This document shows, piece after piece, positions 61,468 through 64,000 of a DNA stretch of 64,000 bases (position 1 is the stretch's first letter; each line of letters begins with the position of its first letter). Below the pieces are notes generated by a model, which searched no databases, had not been told where the DNA came from, and saw only the letters and a program-made list of their open reading frames with translations. The stretch comes from Thermodesulfobacteriota bacterium (GTDB lineage: Bacteria; Desulfobacterota; Desulfarculia; JACQYL01), in assembly GCA_963675595.2 (NCBI GenBank), contig CAXXLZ010000002.1:2176001-2240000 (forward strand), given 5' to 3'. A program made the position numbers and the translations under genes.

Positions 61468-64000
61468 TCACTGTTCACCTCTCTCATTTTTATCTGAATC
61501 TCCGTCTTCTTGTTCGAACTCGGGATAGAGCTTCTTCATGCATTCCGGGCAAAGGCTGTGGCTGAAGTCGGCTTCGGAGTGGTCGCGGACATAGACTTCC
61601 ACTTGGTGCCAGTAGCCCTGGTCGTCGCGAATTTTCTTGCAGCTTGCACAGATGGGCACGATGCCGCGCAGGGTCTTGATCTGATCAAGCGCATGACGCA
61701 GCGCCTCCTCGGCCCGCTTGCGCTCGGTGATGTCGATAACGATCCCGGCGTAATGCGTCACTTGGCCGTTCGCATCACGAAACGGCTTTCCCCGGGACAT
61801 CAACCAACGGTCTTTACCATCGCGATCGAGCACACGCCACTCCGAATTCAGTTCCATCTCTTTGGAAGATGCTTCCTTTACCACCTGTTCCACTCTGGCT
61901 CGGTCATCGGGATGCACACTTTGCAGCCATGTCTCAAGAGACGGTTCGAGGCTATTCGGTTCCAGTCCAAACAGAGACCACACTTCCTCAGACCAGGTAT
62001 TCTCGTTGGTCAGCAGGTTCCATTCCCAGGTTCCGGCATTAGCGGCTTCCTGCGCCAGGCGGAGGCGCTGTTGGGTCGCCCTCAACGCCTCCGCTGTTTT
62101 CTTTGCTTCGGTAATGTCAACAAAGGTGATCACCGCCCCCTCGATAACGTTATCCAGCGTGCGGTAAGGCAGGATGCGCATGGTATACCACGTTCCGTCC
62201 AGGGTCTGCACTTCCAACTCTTTGGGGGCCAGGGTGTCCAGCACCGCCTGCGTGTCCGGCAGTAAATTGTCGTAGCCCGACAGGTTGGAGAGGATGTGGC
62301 CCACGGGCCGGCCGATGTCGCTCTGGATCAAATTGATGATCCGAGTGGCAGCGGGGGTGAAGCGCAAGATTCGAAGCCCGTGATCCACAAAAACGGTGCC
62401 GATGCCTGTGCCGGCCAGTAGATTTTTCATGTCGTTGTTGGCCCGAGATAAATCCGCCACCTTGACTTCCAGTTCGGCGTTGACCGTGGCCAACTCCTCG
62501 TTGACGGATTGCAGCTCCTCCTTGGAGGTTTCGAGTTCCTCGTTGGTGGACTGCAATTCTTCATTGACTGACTGCATCTCCTCATTCGAGGATCTGAGTT
62601 CTCCGTTGGTGGTCTGGAGGTATTCTTCCTTGGCCCGCAGTTCCTGCTTAAGCTGTGCGATGCGTCCATCAGTGTCTGTAGTATCGGGGCTGTCCGAACC
62701 TTCGCCAACATGCAGGGCGGCGGCTTTCTGCGCCCGTTCAGGTTCGAAGGGCTGCGATTGCTCCAGAACCACCAAATATAGAGGTTCTCCCGGCCTGTCA
62801 GTGACAACGGTTGCGATCCGGTGCACGGACAAATTGACCGCTGTCATGTCGCCGTTGGTTTTGACGCGCAGACCCGGGCAGCGAACGATCTCCCTGCCGG
62901 CCGCCGCTTTGTGCAGGGCCTTGGACAGGTCGTGCCGCAATCCTTCGCGGACCATCTTAAGGATGTTGTTGATGCGGACCTCGCCCGGAGACAGCTCCAG
63001 ATACGGGCCGGTGTGGCCGTGGACGTAGAGGATGTCGCCATGATCGTTGACGAGCGCGGCGGCAGGGGCAACCTGCTGCAAAAGTGCCTGTTCGGTCAGC
63101 GCGCGAAGCGACACTTTCACGGGGCCGTCCGTCTTTCCGGCGGCCGGCGGGAACGCCGCGTCCACCGCTGTCCTGGGCGGCAGAAACCGGCCCATGGCCG
63201 CTCGCTGTGCGCCGTGAAAATCCTCCTTGCGCTGATACAGCTTCGATTTGCGGTCCACCACGGCAAACAGATCGCCGAACTCACCCACGGTCTCGGAGGT
63301 GCCCAGGAAGAGAACCCCCCCTGGGCAAAGCGCATAGTGGAACAGGGGAATGAGCTTCTTCTGTAGTTCCCCGCCCATATAGATCAACAGGTTGCGGCAA
63401 CTGATGAGATCGAGTTTAGAGAAGGGCGGGTCTTTGATGACATTTTGTTCGGAAAAAACCAGCATGTCCCGTATGCTTTTGCATATGCGGTAGTCGCTCG
63501 GAACCCCGTCCGCGCCTTCGGGCTCGGCCGCGAAAAAACGCGCCAGCCGCTCCGGCGAGATATCGGCGGCGATGCTGGCTGGGTAGACGCCGGCGCGGGC
63601 CGTGGCGATCGCCTGGCTGTCAATGTCGGTGGCAAAGACCTGAACCTTGAAGCTCCGTTTCAGCGCCTCCTGACGCTCGGACAGCAGGATGGCGAGGGAA
63701 TAGGCTTCCTCGCCGGTGGCGCATCCCGGCGACCAGACGCGGATCACGCCGTTCGCGGGCTTGGCGGCAAAGAGCTTTGGGATGACCTGTTCCTCGAGTG
63801 TCTTGAAGGCCTCCGGGTCGCGGAAGAAATTGGTGACCCCGATCAACAGGTCGTGGAAGAGAGCTTCCACCTCCGCCGGCGTCTGCTGCAAATATTTGAC
63901 GTACCCGTCCATCGTTTCGATCTGGTGGACGGCCAGGCGACGCTCGATACGGCGGATGATGGTGCTCGGCTTGTAGTGAGAAAAGTCGTGGCCGGTCTGG
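61468..64000 (-). CDS. CheR methyltransferase-PAS-coiled-coil-PAS protein (CheB/CheR fusion type), 5' end outside the window
   Basis: DFSHYK, LIGVTNFFRD, GCATGEEAYS, DLISCRNLLIY, EELQS.NEEL heptads, PAS domains, C-terminal CASC..HSLCPEC; frame stays open to the window edge. Confidence 0.92.
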   Translation of the reverse strand, partial: QTGHDFSHYKPSTIIRRIERRLAVHQIETMDGYVKYLQQTPAEVEALFHDLLIGVTNFFRDPEAFKTLEEQVIPKLFAAKPANGVIRVWSPGCATGEEAYSLAILLSERQEALKRSFKVQVFATDIDSQAIATARAGVYPASIAADISPERLARFFAAEPEGADGVPSDYRICKSIRDMLVFSEQNVIKDPPFSKLDLISCRNLLIYMGGELQKKLIPLFHYALCPGGVLFLGTSETVGEFGDLFAVVDRKSKLYQRKEDFHGAQRAAMGRFLPPRTAVDAAFPPAAGKTDGPVKVSLRALTEQALLQQVAPAAALVNDHGDILYVHGHTGPYLELSPGEVRINNILKMVREGLRHDLSKALHKAAAGREIVRCPGLRVKTNGDMTAVNLSVHRIATVVTDRPGEPLYLVVLEQSQPFEPERAQKAAALHVGEGSDSPDTTDTDGRIAQLKQELRAKEEYLQTTNGELRSSNEEMQSVNEELQSTNEELETSKEELQSVNEELATVNAELEVKVADLSRANNDMKNLLAGTGIGTVFVDHGLRILRFTPAATRIINLIQSDIGRPVGHILSNLSGYDNLLPDTQAVLDTLAPKELEVQTLDGTWYTMRILPYRTLDNVIEGAVITFVDITEAKKTAEALRATQQRLRLAQEAANAGTWEWNLLTNENTWSEEVWSLFGLEPNSLEPSLETWLQSVHPDDRARVEQVVKEASSKEMELNSEWRVLDRDGKDRWLMSRGKPFRDANGQVTHYAGIVIDITERKRAEEALRHALDQIKTLRGIVPICASCKKIRDDQGYWHQVEVYVRDHSEADFSHSLCPECMKKLYPEFEQEDGDSDKNERGEQ

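Overview
GC-rich bacterial DNA whose gene content resembles an anaerobic Desulfobacterota/deltaproteobacterium (inference). 1-4.3 kb: end of a type I restriction locus (frameshifted ATP-binding regulator, hsdR). 4.5-17 kb: housekeeping genes on the minus strand (tandem-duplicated eukaryote-type PFK, CBS-ACT, ilvE, recR-ybaB-dnaX, tRNA-Ser(GGA), ssb, DUF362 Fe-S protein, CoA-disulfide-reductase-like enzyme) plus one 150-bp MITE. From about 17.5 kb to the end: an IS-riddled, partly decaying stress island. It holds two inverted paralogous lmo0937-csbD-BON modules, DUF3309, DUF2141, cyclic beta-1,2-glucan synthase, glucan phosphorylase, FtsH, HflKC, a B12 radical SAM enzyme, a PAS sigma54 activator and a CheR-PAS protein. 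Two homologous sigma54-type promoters, each with twin GGTCA-N4-TGACC boxes, lie upstream of the island's minus-strand gene runs, and each is followed by a KH-domain pseudogene. Three IS types occur as near-identical pairs; one IS3-family element has atypical ends (5 extra bp outside each TG..CA inverted repeat, 2-bp target duplication). A group IIC intron 3' remnant is also present. Family assignments come from motif recognition, not database searches.
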